Assembly (NCBI GenBank): GCA_013239625.1
Contig: MU054117.1
Location: 1,796,011-1,860,010 of the forward strand
DNA length: 64,000 nucleotides
From: Lama guanicoe
Lineage: Eukaryota
Reading direction: 5' to 3'
Shown: one piece after another, positions 25,780-38,545 of the stretch
How the letters are laid out: each line of letters starts with the position of its first letter
How positions within the stretch are numbered: the stretch's first letter is position 1
Translations under genes and position numbers: made by a program
The notes under the pieces: generated by a model
The model's input: only the letters and a program-made list of their open reading frames with translations
Told to the model about the DNA's origin: nothing
The model's database searches: none

Positions 25780-26400
25780 TACCACATGAATCTAAGATAC
25801 AGTCGTGATCATCATGAGCTCCTCTGCTCAGAAACCTTCAGTGATGTCCCTAAAAACCCCACACTGCTCTTAAGCTTGACATTTAAGGTCCTCCAGGGCC
25901 AAGCCCACCCTCGCTGTCCGGCTTCCTCTTTCTGCTCCCTTCCCAGTGTTCCTGCCAAACAGAGCTTGCTTCCTTTTTTGAATGGAGGTACCGGGGATTG
26001 AACCCAGGACCACTGAGCTTCAACCCCGTCCTCGACCCAATAGAACTTACTGCCCTTCCACATGGGCCCCCACCACTGCTGCCGAGTCTCCTTTCAGCCC
26101 CTCCTTCCACCTAGAATGCCTTCCCTCCAGCGCTTATCCTCCCTTCAGTGTCCAGCTGAAACGTACATCACCCGCTATGACAGTCACTAAGCTAGATTAT
26201 ACATGTGTATATTTTTAAACCTCGTATTTATTTATGCATTTTATCTCCTCCAGGAGACAGCAAGTCCTTAGAAGGCAGAATTCAAATCTCACTGACTCAT
26301 ACTTCCCACATCCTAATACATCTCCACGTCCCCATGCCTGCCATACTCTTGTCATCCTAAGCTAATTAGGGCTCCATAAATATTTCCTGGATAAATTAAT
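25780..26400 (+). mobile_element. L2 LINE 3' fragment, interrupted by a SINE
   Basis: CTCCTCTGCTCAGAAACCTTCAGTG...CATTTAAGGTCCTCCA...CAAGTCCTTAGAAGGCAG...GCTCCATAAATATTT. Confidence 0.65.
25974..26027 (-). mobile_element. Camelid-type tRNA-derived SINE, internally deleted
   Basis: TTTTTTGAATGGAGGTACCGGGGATTGAACCCAGGACCACTGAGCT. Confidence 0.75.
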
Positions 26401-27579
26401 TTTTAAAACCAAAGAATAAAATAGTCAAGTGGGCAGAGCTGAATGCATAGGGCCCTCCACCGCCAGTCTGCCTTCGAGGTGTGCATACTGTTACACAGCT
26501 TGCACAGGTAACTTGCACAGGTGTCTACACAACCAGACGTCTGGGGTCCTGGAAAGCCGAGAGGGACGTGACCCCGGCAGGGCAGGACTGTGGAGGGCAA
26601 CGCATCATTTGCACAGTTCATCGTGGAGGAAAAGGACAGGACCCAGAGTTCAGGGTAAGGGGAGAGGAAGGGCTGCTACAGCAGTGAATTTCACTCTCTG
26701 AAATATGCCCAACATGCTGGTATTTGGTGGGAGCTGTAGCTCCCTGGCCAGGCCTGGCAGCCCAGACTCGCCCCAGTGGACCTGCCGGTGTCCCTGGCTC
26801 CTCCAGAACTCCTGCCTTCTCAGTCGTCCCAGGGCACAGGATGCATATGAGCCGAGTCTAAGGATGGATGCCCTCGGGCCAGCTGAGCTCGAGCCCAAGC
26901 TGGGAAATGGCCACTGGGCTTTTCCATTCAGAGCGCTGTCTTGTGATGGGAAAAAACCCTCCCTGCTTTTGGCTGGTTCCTTCGGCGCCTCCCAGTACTG
27001 ACTGAGCAGGCTGAGCGGGCTGTCCCAGCAGGCAGGAGAGCCCAGAGCAGCTGTCTTCACACAGGACCCAGAGGGGAGCAGACAGCTGCACTGGGAGGTG
27101 GGTGGGAGCTGGGGGTCCTTCCTAGCAATGAGACCTGCTTTTCACGTCAGGGACCACAGGGCTGCAGGCCCACAGGTTTTAAGATGGGGAGATTCTTGCC
27201 CCTCAGCTGGCTGCTCCCAAGCCCCTTTCTTGGCTCCACTCCCGTGGCACCAGCCGCCCAGAGAGCCTGGCCCCCAGGTGAGGGCGGCAGGTGTGAGGCT
27301 GCCCTTAGGGCCTGCAGCCTGGGTCAGAGCGGTCTTCCAAGCCTAGGGAGCCTATAGGGGCAGTTTGGGAAATGGGACACCTGGAGGTCCCATTCACAGC
27401 CCTGTGGGACTTCAGAGCTTAGAGCTGTGGAAAACAAAGAGAAGGTAAATCTAAACTTCTTTTTCTGTTGGGACTTTTTTCTTTTCTTTTTTCATTATTT
27501 CTTTTTTTTTTTTTGATTAGCTGATTTACAATGCTGTGTTAAATTTAAATTTACTGAAAGCAGCCCACAGGAGAGCAGG

Positions 27580-27762
27580 ACTCCCCACGGGTCCCTGAAG
27601 GCCCAGGGAGGTCCACAGAGACCTCAGGGGGCGGTGGCCCCGCTGAAATAGTGTGTGGAAATCACACGTGTAGGTGTGGCTCCTTTTTTTTCTGGAACAA
27701 GAGTCTGTAACCTTTATCAGACTCTTAATGGGTCTGTGACCTCCCAAAAAGTTAAACAGAAC
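27580..27762. mobile_element. hAT-Charlie-type non-autonomous DNA transposon (subfamily uncertain)
   Basis: CTTTATCAGACTCTTAATGGGTCTGTGACCTCCCAAAAAGTTAA resembles Charlie MITE termini as recalled. Confidence 0.5.
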
Positions 27763-28700
27763 AACACAAAGCATTTTCCTGGCGGATAAAGGTGGGGCCT
27801 GGGTGTCGGGGTCCCTAGGACATTCCAGCCCCGCCCACTGCCTACGTGCGGCAAGCGTGTGCGCCGCGGGAAACAATGGCAAACGCAGGGGAGTGACAGG
27901 TCACCGATTCCAGCAGGCCTGCACACGGGCGGAATCCTGAGCCCTTCCCAGGTTTTCCTACGAAAGCTGTCCTTCCTCAAGTAATACCCTTCTCACCTGT
28001 CCTCCCTGCCACTTCGTCTTCGCCGCCGCAGGAGAGCCCATCCCAGACTCTGCTCTCTGTCCCTGGGGACTGAGGCTGGGCGGCGAGGGGCTGCGTGGTC
28101 AGGATGGAGCAGGGGCCGGTCCAGGGAAGGCTGAGTGTGCCTCCCATCTGATCCCGCAGGGGCCAACTCTGCAAGCTTGTGCCTCTTTAAAACTTCAGAA
28201 ACGCGTCTGGATTCCTCCAAGTCACCGTAACTATACCGTTAGCGTCTGTGAACGAAAAACTACACGCTGAGAGAAAGCTACATGCATTCAATAATCCTTT
28301 TTAAATGTATTTTTTTAATAACAGCAGTCACTTTAAATGTTAATTATAAAGTTACAGCTGTGTGCTAGAGAAACAGCACAGCGCCTGCCCGTGAGGTGAC
28401 TTCTTTATCTGGCCTAGAGGCAACATCTAGCGCGCCTCTGGTTTTAAGGACCCCATGCTGTAACTGAGGACCCTCTGCCCTCCCGCAAAGTGGGAATCAC
28501 TGGTTGGATGTAAGCCTTTCACTTCACAAATGAGGAGGCTGTGGTCTAGAAAATGCAGCTCCTGGTGGGTGCTTCATCCCAGAACGCAGGTCGTCTCCCT
28601 CTGGGATCTTTGTAGGATGCTCTTGGGGCGTCCAGTCTCCCATTAGCGCCGGGACTGCCCCTCTCCCACACCCACACCCATCCTCTCTCTCACTATGGCG

Positions 28701-28714
28701 CCTCCAGAGGGCAC
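28701..28714 (+). promoter_or_regulatory. Candidate CTCF site
   Basis: CCTCCAGAGGGCAC, one mismatch to CCASYAGRKGGCRS. Confidence 0.45.
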
Positions 28715-30446
28715 CTGAAGGAAGGAATGACTTCATTATCACCTTCATTTTACACAGGAGGAGACTGCAGCTTGGAGAACTAATGCCAAGGCCACACAGT
28801 CACTAATGGCCTCAGAGAGAAGATTCACAGCCAAGCCTGAATCCATATCCCGAATCCATACCAGGAGGCCAGCTGGGCTCAGGACGCACGGGTCCACGTC
28901 AGGACGACGTTCTTCTGCTAGCCCTGCACGCTAGGGGTCCCCGTAAACCCAGGCACAGCCCGGCAGTTCGGGTTAGCAGGAGCCCGGGAGCATCTTTGCC
29001 ACACTTTCCAGGGACAACACTCCGCCCGTGAGGGCAGGGACACATGTCCCTTCAAACTGGATTCTAGCTCACAGCCTGAGTACCAAGGAGGCTGGAGAGG
29101 GTCAGTTCCTCTGCTCATTCCCTTCTCTGCCCAGCCGCTCTCCATCCTAACATGCTCCCGCCCCAACTCGCCTCCTAACCCAAGAGGACTCCCTTCAGGT
29201 AGGGCTCCCTTCTCCACACCGCCCTCCCCAACCCGGCGGTTCCACACGGACTCTCCATTCCTTCCAAGCATCTCTTCTGTGGCCTCAAGCACAGCTTCTG
29301 CCTTGTCTCTTCCAACTCCCACGTGGGAGTCGTACACCCCCAGCAAGCAGAGGCCAATGAATCTCAGATGCTGTTGGTCCCCACCACCCCAAGTGCCCAG
29401 CTCCAGGCTGGACTCGTCGTGGACCGTGAACAAGAACTTGTGAGTTAAATCCAAGGGTCCTGAGAACAGGTGTCCTCCCTCCAGAACGAAATGTCATTCT
29501 CCCTCCAGAGACATTGTTGGCCCCCCTCCACTCCCTACCTGGACCCCGGTGGGGCTCATGAACAAGCTGGGGTTTGCATTTGCCCCCTTGTTGGAAAGCA
29601 GCCTGACTTTTAGGAGGACCTTTGGTCCATGGGGCCCACGTGACTCCGCCCAGAAGACATGAGACCTGATTTTCTGCACCGAGCAGGGCTCTCTAAGAGC
29701 TTGGCAGCTTGGGAGTCTGGGCTCGAGGCAAGAGACGAGGAAGGCGCGTTCTTCTCCACCCTGTCACTTTCTCAAGGGCTCCCCTGAACCAAGCATGTTT
29801 GCCTTCTGCTCCCGGGAGGCTGAGAGCCTCTCTTCTCTGCAGACTGTGACGGAACGTCTGGGGTGAGAGGCAGTTCAGCTCCTGATCCAACACCACTGTC
29901 CCCCCAAAGCCCAGTGCTGTGACCGAGCAGGGCTTCAGGCCACAGTGCTGTCCCTCTGACTTTCTTGGGGTCAACCTAGACTGCGAACCCCAGCCTGCGG
30001 GAGTCTTGAGCAAGCCACACCCCGCCCTGAACCTCAGTTTCTCCGTCTGTAAGATGGAGGGGTTGGGCCCCACTGAGCACTAAATTCCTTCCTGCAGGAA
30101 TATTCTAGAATCGGAGAATAGCACAGCCTTCTCAACACTTCCCACCACTACCCCCCCAACGCTACCCTCCGCCCCCGCCGCGCCCCCGCTGCTGACTTCC
30201 CATGGGACTTGTAACCACGCTGCAAGTCGTTGCCCCGCAGGGACTTCCTATGCCCGGGACAGGCCTGCTGACAGCAGAGGGGTGCCGCCCTCCAGCACCT
30301 TAGAAAACTGTGAGGTGGCGGGGGATGGGGGCCTTTACTCAGCGCAACACTGAGTCAGTAAGTCAGATTCTCCCCAGTCACCTTTGGAAAACGCTTTATC
30401 CCTCAGGCTGCTGTTCACCGAATAATCTTAATAACATTACCATCTA

Positions 30447-30568
30447 GGGGCGGGGGGCGCAGGTCAGTGGCAGAGCGTGTGCTCGGTGCGCACGAGGCGC
30501 GGGCTCACTCCCAAGCGCCTCTGTTAAGGGGAAAGAAAAAATAAACAGGAAATAAAAAATAGAAAGAA
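30447..30568 (+). mobile_element. Camelid-type tRNA-derived SINE, GC-shifted copy
   Basis: GGGGGCGCAGGTCAGTGGCAGAGCGTGTGCTCGGTGCGCACGAGGCGCGGGCTCACTCCC plus A-rich tail; aligns to the copy at 45244. Confidence 0.8.
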
Positions 30569-30589
30569 GTAACAGCTGAAACGTCCACC

Positions 30590-30790
30590 TCTTCCTCACA
30601 GTTTATGAAGTGCCTTTGTATCTACCATCTCAATTTTAAATCCTCGTGATAAGCCCGCGCAGAGGACGGGATTATTACTCCCATTTCACAAATCAGATCA
30701 ATGGCAGGATTCACCTACACGACCCAGCCAGGATGACGGAGCTGAGAATGAATGTCCCAGATGGAAACCACGGAGACCTAGAAGCCGGGG
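30590..30790 (-). mobile_element. MIR fragment
   Basis: AAATCCTCGTGATAAGCCC...ATTATTACTCCCATTTCACA. Confidence 0.6.
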
Positions 30791-33700
30791 GCAAAACACA
30801 CCCCGTTTTTAGGATGCTTCTTCCCACTCAGTGGAGCTTTTGGAGGAACCGTCTCACTAATGTATAAATCATATGCAAATCATATGCAAGCGTGGCTCTG
30901 GAGGTTTTGAAACAAGGGCCTGGAGGCGTTTTGCAAAGGGACGTGGTGGCTCCCACCCTGCTGCCTCTCACCCTACTCCCTCCCACAGGCCGGAGGCGGA
31001 GGCAGCAGAGGAGAGGTGTGAGAGAAGAGGATGTTGGCCATTTCTAGCAGCTTTGTTCTTTCTTCTGATAGTGGGAAAGGAGGGAGGTGGGAAGGGGGCA
31101 GGGATTTGGAAAAGAGAAGTGGGCTCCTTCCTTCTCTCATCCTGCAGCTCTGCCCTGAGCTGGGCAGGACGAGATAAAGGAGGAGGCCCAGCTCTGCATT
31201 TCCATCCCCGAGGACGGCAGTGAGGGAGGGAGGCTCAGGCCACAACCCCCGCCCCACCCCGCCCCAAGCCCAGTTTTCTGATGCACGTGGGTCACGCCTC
31301 CTGGCCAGAAAGTGGCAGTGTCTAATTCTGCTCTCCAGAAAGGAAAAGACCTTGAAGACAGTGACCAAGTTAAACTACCTAATCACTTAAACTGGGCAAA
31401 GGAAAAGAAAGTGGTCCTTAAGAAGGTGAGGCCAGACCTTCAGGCCCTCAGCAGTCCTGTCTGGAGAGGCAAATCAGGTGAACTCGGGGCACTTCTGCAC
31501 CTTTATACCCTGTCCCCCAAGCCCAGGCAGGAAAGGCGCGGGCCTTGGCTATCGGAGGAAAACTCGCTGCCCGCCGTGCACAGGGTGAGCGCAGGGCTAC
31601 AGTGGACACTGGCTCTCAGAAAAGAACCACGGTGCTCGCACCGACTGAAGGCTGGCCCTTTAGACGAACTACCTCATTTAATCCCTGCAGCATCTCTGCG
31701 AGGGAGGAACTGTTCTAGCCCTTGTTTTATTGGGGTAAAGGTCAAGGTCGCTGACCCAGCACAGCACTGCCTCCCCGTGGGAGGTCTGTGTGCAGGAGCC
31801 TCCTGACTGGCCATGCCCAGAGCTGAAGTGACCAGAGCCAGGGTAAGGCCGCGGTTGGTGGTGACCGAGCAGTGGCTGCAGATAAATTTGTGAAGCAGAA
31901 GCCCTTCCCTCGGCCCCGCGGCCCCACAGTAGTTGCCCAACCTCTGCGGCTCAACAGAGAGCCGAGATGAGGAAATCAGAACACCCTGGGGAGACAGCAG
32001 AGGACAGAGAACCCACCGGTGCCCCTGTGGCCGGGGACCCGGTGAGCCTCTGCCTGCAGCCGCCTCATTGGAGACTCAGGGAGCTGTGAGAAAAAGCACA
32101 GGGGCCAGACAGGTCCTTTCATCCCACGGAGCCTGAGAGCTTCACAGACAGCCCTTAACTACACACCCGGGGTTGGGTGGTGGGGGTGAACGGTGGTGCT
32201 TCGGCCGGGACACCCGCCCTGGCAGCTGTCGTGAAGACAGGGCTGAAGCAGGGGGACTCTGGGCGGTGGGTGTGGAGAGGCAGTTGTTAGAGAGGGTTCC
32301 CCAGCTAGGGCTGGGGCTTTGACTTGGAAAGAAGGAGCCTGGGGAGCCTTTGCCAGGGACACGCCCGTCCCCAGCATCTTCGGACACCACCTAGGCATGG
32401 ACCAGTCTTCACGACAACCCTCCTAGGTTAGGGGGCCCAGGACAGCAGCAGGGCTGACCACACTCTTCATGGAATGCGGGCAGTTTTAGCGCTGCAAGTG
32501 CCAGAGACATGCTGCATTTATTTTGGAAGGTAAGCATCCGGGGCTTTTTCATCCTTCATTGGCATGACTAGGGGTTCTTATCTCCACAAAGGGGTCACAG
32601 AAGAGGCTGCTGTAAGGGGGGTATCCATTCTGGACAAATCTCAAAGGTATGAGGGAGGAGGGTACCATGCAGTTTCCTTACACTGTCCAGAAGTCTTGCT
32701 TCTAATCGAGAAGTCAGGAGAAAGGCCCACATCACAGCCAAGAAGCCCCTGATCTCAGCACCTTGGCCTCCTTCCTATTTGGAGACAGGATGGGGGTGGG
32801 TTTCCTGGTGAAATCGTAGCCCTGTCGTTGTCACTGGCCCTGAGACCAGAGCCTACATGGTCACCATCTGGAAGAGAGCACGCACACAGATGACTTTCTG
32901 GAGTTCTGTCCCTGAAAACTTGGTGCTGCTGCCACCCAAGGCTGCAGACACGGGTCCTCTCAAGGTCAAGCCCTTGAACCAACACACAGCTCTCTTCTCT
33001 TTTATGCAATCCATAATTAATCAGCAGAACACAAGGCATCTGGAGGGAGGCTAGTACTGCGCAGGCACACAGCCTGGTTGCTCAGTGCAGCCAGCAGAGC
33101 TGACCCCAGCCATCAGGGCATCGTCACTGCCCCTGTTTCCCGCTTCCCTCCAGCTTCAGTTCCCGGAGGAGTTCAAGTCTGTTCCCAGAGCTACTCTCTC
33201 TGGAGAACTTCATCTCCCATCCCGGCCGGGCAACCACTCAGAATGGCAGCATGTTTCGGGTTTCCACACCCAGAAAACCCCTTGAACCAGTCCTTTTCCT
33301 TCCTGAGACCTTCCTCTGCCCCCACGAAACCTCGTCAGCTTCTTCTAACCAGCCCACCTTTAGCCCATCCCCTGAAAAGAACTCTGCGGCCCTTCACCCT
33401 GGATACAGCCTGTGATGGACACCCGTCTCTTGGAGAGCCTGCCTCCCTTTCCAGTCCTTCCCCCAACACCACCTCCCAACCCGCATGCACTGCCCGCCAG
33501 CGGATCCTGAAATGCGCAGAGGCGGTCAAGTAGGGCACGTTTTCTCTGCAGCCCGTGGGGTGTCCCCACGTGGCCCTCTGCAATACGCCACGGTACACGC
33601 TGTGCTGGCAGGTGAACCCGATGCTTCGGGGGGATTGAGAAAGAGGGATAAACTTAGCCCACGGGGCTGAGGAAGGCTTCCCAGTCGAGCTGAGCTTTGA

Positions 33701-33844
33701 AGGGTAAGAATTTCTTCAGGGAGAGTAAAGAACTGGAAACAGGTTCAGCCTTTTCAAGGGTAGAGTCAGTCCTGTTAAAACAAGATGCCTCTGGAGTGGG
33801 AGGTACAGACGAGTGGGCGTAAGACAGACTCAGGGAGGTACTTA

Positions 33845-33936
33845 CTGCTTGACCCGGGGAAGACAGCCAGTGTTTTGTAATAACTGTAACTGGAAAGCAA
33901 CCTTTCAAAATTGTATGAAAATTTAAAAAAAATTTA
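33845..33936 (+). mobile_element. Short LINE-1 3'-terminal fragment
   Basis: CAGCCAGTGTTTTGTAATAACTGTAACTGGAAAGCAACCTTTCAAAATTGTATGAAAA, similar to the copy at 39625-39693. Confidence 0.65.
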
Positions 33937-34104
33937 AATCATGCTTCTTTTGATAAATACACGTTTGCACTTATCACTTTGACCCCAGAGAGTCCGACAT
34001 GCCTTCCTGGTCTCCTTTGAGAATCACTCGTTTATCAGAAGAGAGTGACAACCACAGATCATCATCTCTATTATCGCGATGAAACCAGAAAGGGCTGCTT
34101 CCTC

Positions 34105-34114
34105 CACGTGTGCG

Positions 34115-34157
<43 letters not shown>
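34105..34157. repeat. Compound (GC)6(CA)17 microsatellite, alternating purine-pyrimidine tract
   Basis: CACGTGTGCGCGCGCGCGCACACA... Confidence 0.97.
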
Positions 34158-34160
<3 letters not shown>

Positions 34161-34722
34161 GCTGCACAGCTGCTTACCCCTGACTCTTCAAAGAATCTCC
34201 CTGGAGCCCCTGCATGGCCCCGTGGCACCGTCAGGGAGTGTGTGCTGCACGGCAGATGTCAAGGCCCCGGGCTCAGGACCGCAGCCTCCCCTAACCAGGC
34301 GGATTCCAGCCTTTGCAGGAGAGTGTTTGTTTTCCTGTGGGCGCTGACAGTGCCTGCCTCCCTCCCGCCGAGTGCCCAGCATGTGAAGACACAGTCCTAC
34401 CCTCAGGCCGCTGGGAACCCGAGTGAGGGACACTCAGCTCTGGGTGCAAACTCAGCCCGAAAAGCAGGCAGGCTGGGCCCTGAGGTCTGAGGCCCGTTTC
34501 TTCCTCGGAGGAAGCAACGCGCTAACTCAAGGATTTCTCTGAAGAAGGCAGCCCTCGGGAGGGGTAAGCAAGATGCCCTCTGTTACGGATAAGAGGGAGG
34601 CAGGAATCCAGTCTGGGGTCCGGGCACTAAAGAAGCTCTGGGGGTGGAGGAGGACGCGTGGCCGCGCTCGAGGGGGAGGCAGGCCTGAGGGAGGAAAGGC
34701 GGGGCAGGACCTCGAGAGAAGA

Positions 34723-34736
34723 GTGCCACCTGCTGA
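34723..34736 (-). promoter_or_regulatory. Candidate CTCF site
   Basis: Minus strand TCAGCAGGTGGCAC, one mismatch to CCASYAGRKGGCRS. Confidence 0.4.
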
Positions 34737-35619
34737 GCTGAGCCTCCTGGGGCACCTCCCTCCTCACCGCCCTGGCCCACAGCCGGGCCCTGGAGCACGT
34801 GCCCTTGGAGAAGGCTGGGAAGTAAAGGCAAAAGATGGGGAGGGGTGGACTTCAGGAGGAGTACGATATGGCATCAGAGACCCGGGCTCTCCAGCCAGAC
34901 TGGCGATGCCTGCCCTGGTCCCACCCTCACCACTCGTGCGTCTTGGGCCAGTTGCTGCTCGTCCCCAACCTCCCTTTCCTCTCCTGGAAAATGGGTTCTT
35001 GGAGGGTGTAAATGAGACAGCACCTTGGAAAGTGCCATGCGCCAAGCCTGGCACGCAGTGGAGGCTCACTCGCTCCCCCCTTCCGCAGAAGAAAAGCCAT
35101 CTATGCTTTCAAATACAAGGTGAAATTACAAGTAGAGAGAGTGACCCGGAAACAAGAGAAGCGGGTCCATCTGCCTTTTTCTCGGAGCCGCAGAAACGGC
35201 AGGCTTGACACAGCTGTCGTGGGGCATTTGTTTGCCAGCAGGTGGGAGCTGCTCCTGGTGGCTCAGAGCACCCCAAATCAGGCCAGCCAGGGGTGGCAGG
35301 GGAGAGGCGGTGAGGAGGAACCCTGGGGGGCCCAGGCCAGGGCCAGGGTCCCGTCCGGGCTCTGCCACCGGACTGCGTGGTGCTGGGTGCGTCACTAACT
35401 TCCATGACCACCTTTCGTCTCTTCCGCCTCGGTTCTGCAGTTCCGTGAGGCCTGCCTGGTAACTCTTGGAAAGCCCATGGATTGGTTTGCTAGCGATCAG
35501 TCTATCCATCCGTTCAGTTCACCTCTGATGCACCTATCATCACAGTGATGAAAGGACTGGGGGGCTGCATTGGCGCAGGTCCCCCCAGTTTATGAGGATG
35601 CACAGAGCTTTACAAGGAT

Positions 35620-36005
35620 CAGAGGAGACTCAGCATTTTTGGTTACAGGTACAGAAATGAACCTTAAGCACCTAAGCCCAGCAGAGGGGATTTATTACAG
35701 GGTGGCAGGGTGGCTCCCAGCAGCCATGGGCAGGGTGGTCAGGGAGCCCACACAAAGGCCGGAAGCGGGAACCAGGACGCCCGTGCCGACCCGGACAGCC
35801 CCCTGCCCTCTGCCTCTCCCGGGCCGCCTGGCCTGCCTCTCACGTCTGCTCCTGCCTGTGCGTCTTGGTTCCTGTAATCAGCATGGGCTGAAAAGCAACA
35901 GTGATCTCATTTCCAAAGCCAGGGGAGAGGGAATCTGATTGGTCCTGCCTGGATGGGATGCTGGCCCCGAGTCCGCTCAGCCACAGCCAGATGGGCTGGG
36001 CATCC
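35620..36005 (-). mobile_element. MLT1-type (ERVL-MaLR) LTR remnant
   Basis: TTTTGGTTACAGGTACAGAAA...GGGATTTATT...GAATCTGATTGGTCCTGCCTGG. Confidence 0.55.
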
Positions 36006-36122
36006 TTAGGCCACTTGACAATCTCATAAATACAATCTCACTCACTTCCGGGGTGAGTGGAGCAGGGGGGGGGATCTCGGAGAAGGGGAACCTGGGACTG
36101 CCCTGACAGCCCAGAGGGGCCG

Positions 36123-36600
36123 TGTGAGTCAGGACACACGTTTGGCTGCTGTAACCAGACCTCAGAGAGTAAAGACTGAGGCAGGATGGTAGTTTCTCTC
36201 CACGTGTAGCAGTTTCGGTGCAAAGAGAGCAGGAGGGACATGGTGGCTCCTGCGTACTGGGGATCCAGGCTCTTTCGAGCTGCTGCTTCTCCCCACGGAT
36301 GCTGCCTTGTGCACGTGGTTAAAGATGACTCCTTACAATGTCCGCACTCCAGTCAAACGTGGAGTCAACAACTCCACCGCTCTGCAAGGCCAAGTAGATG
36401 TCAGGGGACAACGTCCTACATGGAGCCATGTGGCCTTGGTTCCTGAGGACTTACGGAGGTGTCTGTCTGTCTTGCCTGTGGCTTTGGAAGGTTATCACCA
36501 AGGAAGAGCTGTAGCAGGCCTGAGGGGAACGCGACGTGGGCACAGCTGAGGAAGACAGGCTGGGCCAGTTCACACCAGTGATAGCTGAAACCCCCTGCTC
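36123..36600 (-). mobile_element. MLT1J-like (ERVL-MaLR) LTR remnant
   Basis: TGTGAGTCAGG...GGCTGCTGTAACCAGAC...GGATCCAGGCTCTTTC...GTTAAAGATGACT. Confidence 0.5.
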
Positions 36601-38389
36601 TCTGCCACCACATCCAGGAAGTGCCTCTTCCCCTCTCTGCACTTAGGGTGCAGAACAGGAAGTTCTTGAGACAGATTGCAGAAGTGAGCGTTATAACACC
36701 GAGTTCTTGAAAGGGGTGATTTTCAGGGCTGCGGTTCTTGGAGCCACAGTGCAGGCTGCCAAAGAAGGGAGCTGACGTCATTTCCTTTGGCGCTGGACCC
36801 ACGTGTGCTCCTGCCTAGCAACCCCGGCCCGGGGAGCAGCTAATCCAGCTGCAGCCAGTGTGGAGCGCCGACTGCATGTGGCGCAGGAGCCCAGGACGGG
36901 CTGTGCTCACTGATCCCTCCTCTCTGCCACTGGCTTGACCTTATCTTCAGCCGTGGGCATCCTGCTCACCAGTAATTCCCTGCCAGTCAAGAGGCTTGGT
37001 TAGCGTCAGCGGATGGGGTAGTGAGTCACTGTGCAATGGCAGCTGTGGCTTTGCTGGAGGAGCACTCGCCACCGTCCCAGCACCATGCTTTGGGCAAGAA
37101 AGGAGCTGCCAGAGGGGCCGATGCCAGTCAATCAACAGCACTGACTCTGTGCCTTCCAGTGTCGGAATAGCGGAGGCAGGAGGGTGTGTAAAATGACCAT
37201 GGGGAGTTAGAAACGCAAGGTGGACTTTGGAGCTGATGTCTAAGGTGAGGCAGGAGAGCTGGGAGCAGAAAGAGCTGAGCTTGGGGTCCACTGGGGCCTC
37301 AGACTCTTTGGCTACAACTGAACTGAGAGATCTTCCAGGTTCAAACAGCATTTCCCCCATTAAAAAAACAAAACAAAACAGGGTAATAGTGGCCTTGCTG
37401 AATTCTAAAGGGGACCGGGGACTCTATTGTGCAAATTATCAAAAGGCTGGGGTGCTTCTCTGATCACCTGCTGGGGCTGAGTGCAGCACTGCACAATTGC
37501 TGGACAAGAAAGCAATGACCAGTAACTCCACGGACGGACGGACCTGGGATGATGGTCTTCCATCTGCACACACGAGGGCTGAGATGGGACACTGGCTTTC
37601 TACGAGCACATCGCCTCTTCCTTTAAACTTCCTTAAAACCCCAGCTTTTACTCAAACTTGCTCAGCGTTGGAAAGTCAACGGAATCCCCCACACAAAGAA
37701 GGTGGCTGCAAGTCAAAAGGCCTGGAGCCAGGAAAACTGTGCGAGAGGCAGCCTCGCTCCTGCCAAGAGTGGGCTGTGATTTCCTACCCCGACCCCCGCA
37801 GGGGGCCCCCAGCCTCCTCCTGTTCCCATTCCCCTTCCGCTCCCCCCAACCCCCGGGTCCTATGGGCCACAGGTTCCTGTCTGAAAAAGCACTTAGGAGC
37901 TACTCTCTCGGGCCACTTCCTCCCGCCCTGCTTCCTGAGAGCTGGGGCGGGCGCGTGCTCTGCTGAAAAGGCAGTGTTAGCTCAGCACCCCCACCCCACG
38001 CCAGCGTCACCCCGGGTGCTGAGTGTCTGTCACTCACTCACAGCCAACTGCCACACCTGAGAGGTGCTTCTCTCCCGTTTCCCATGTCGACACCTGGGCT
38101 CACTGACCTGACAGGTTCTGGGAGGACAGCTGAAATCCGTTCCCCCGTATAAATGTGCTTTCCACCTTTTCCGCTGTGTGCCTATCTTTGCCGTTTGGTT
38201 CAGAGCCGCCATTTGCCATGATCCCAGGAACTCTTCCTGAGACCGTCATCCCAAAGTCCTCCCAGTTCCCCCCCATCACCACCACCAGCTACGGAGCACC
38301 CTACAGAGCACTCACTGCGGGCTCAGGGATTTTGCGCGTTGTCTTTGACCCACCCAGCGCCCAGCCTTGTGCGGCTCTCATGTCAGGAC

Positions 38390-38545
38390 AGTGCATCCCG
38401 GACGCGAGTGTGCACATCCACCACCCGGGTTCTGGTTAAAATGCAGGTTCTGCTGCGTAGGTCTGGGCGGGGCCTGAGAGCCTGCATTTCTAGCAAACTC
38501 CCAGGTGTTCCTGATGCCGCTGGTTCTAACTGTTTGAGGAGTGAA
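38390..38545 (-). mobile_element. MER5-family DNA transposon
   Basis: GTTAAAATGCAGGTTCTG...GTAGGTCTGGGCGGGGCCTGAGAGCCTGCATTTCTAGCAAACTCCCAGGTG. Confidence 0.8.

Noticed and set aside
29344..29445. Possible internal exon (QAEANESQMLLVPTTPSAQLQAGLVVDREQEL) ending at GTGAGT
   Set aside because: Weak acceptor, no recognisable homology and no partner exons.
29678..29934. 13-bp direct repeat ACCGAGCAGGGCT about 244 bp apart (possible TSD)
   Set aside because: No tail or terminal repeat between the copies, and a match of this size is plausible by chance in 64 kb.
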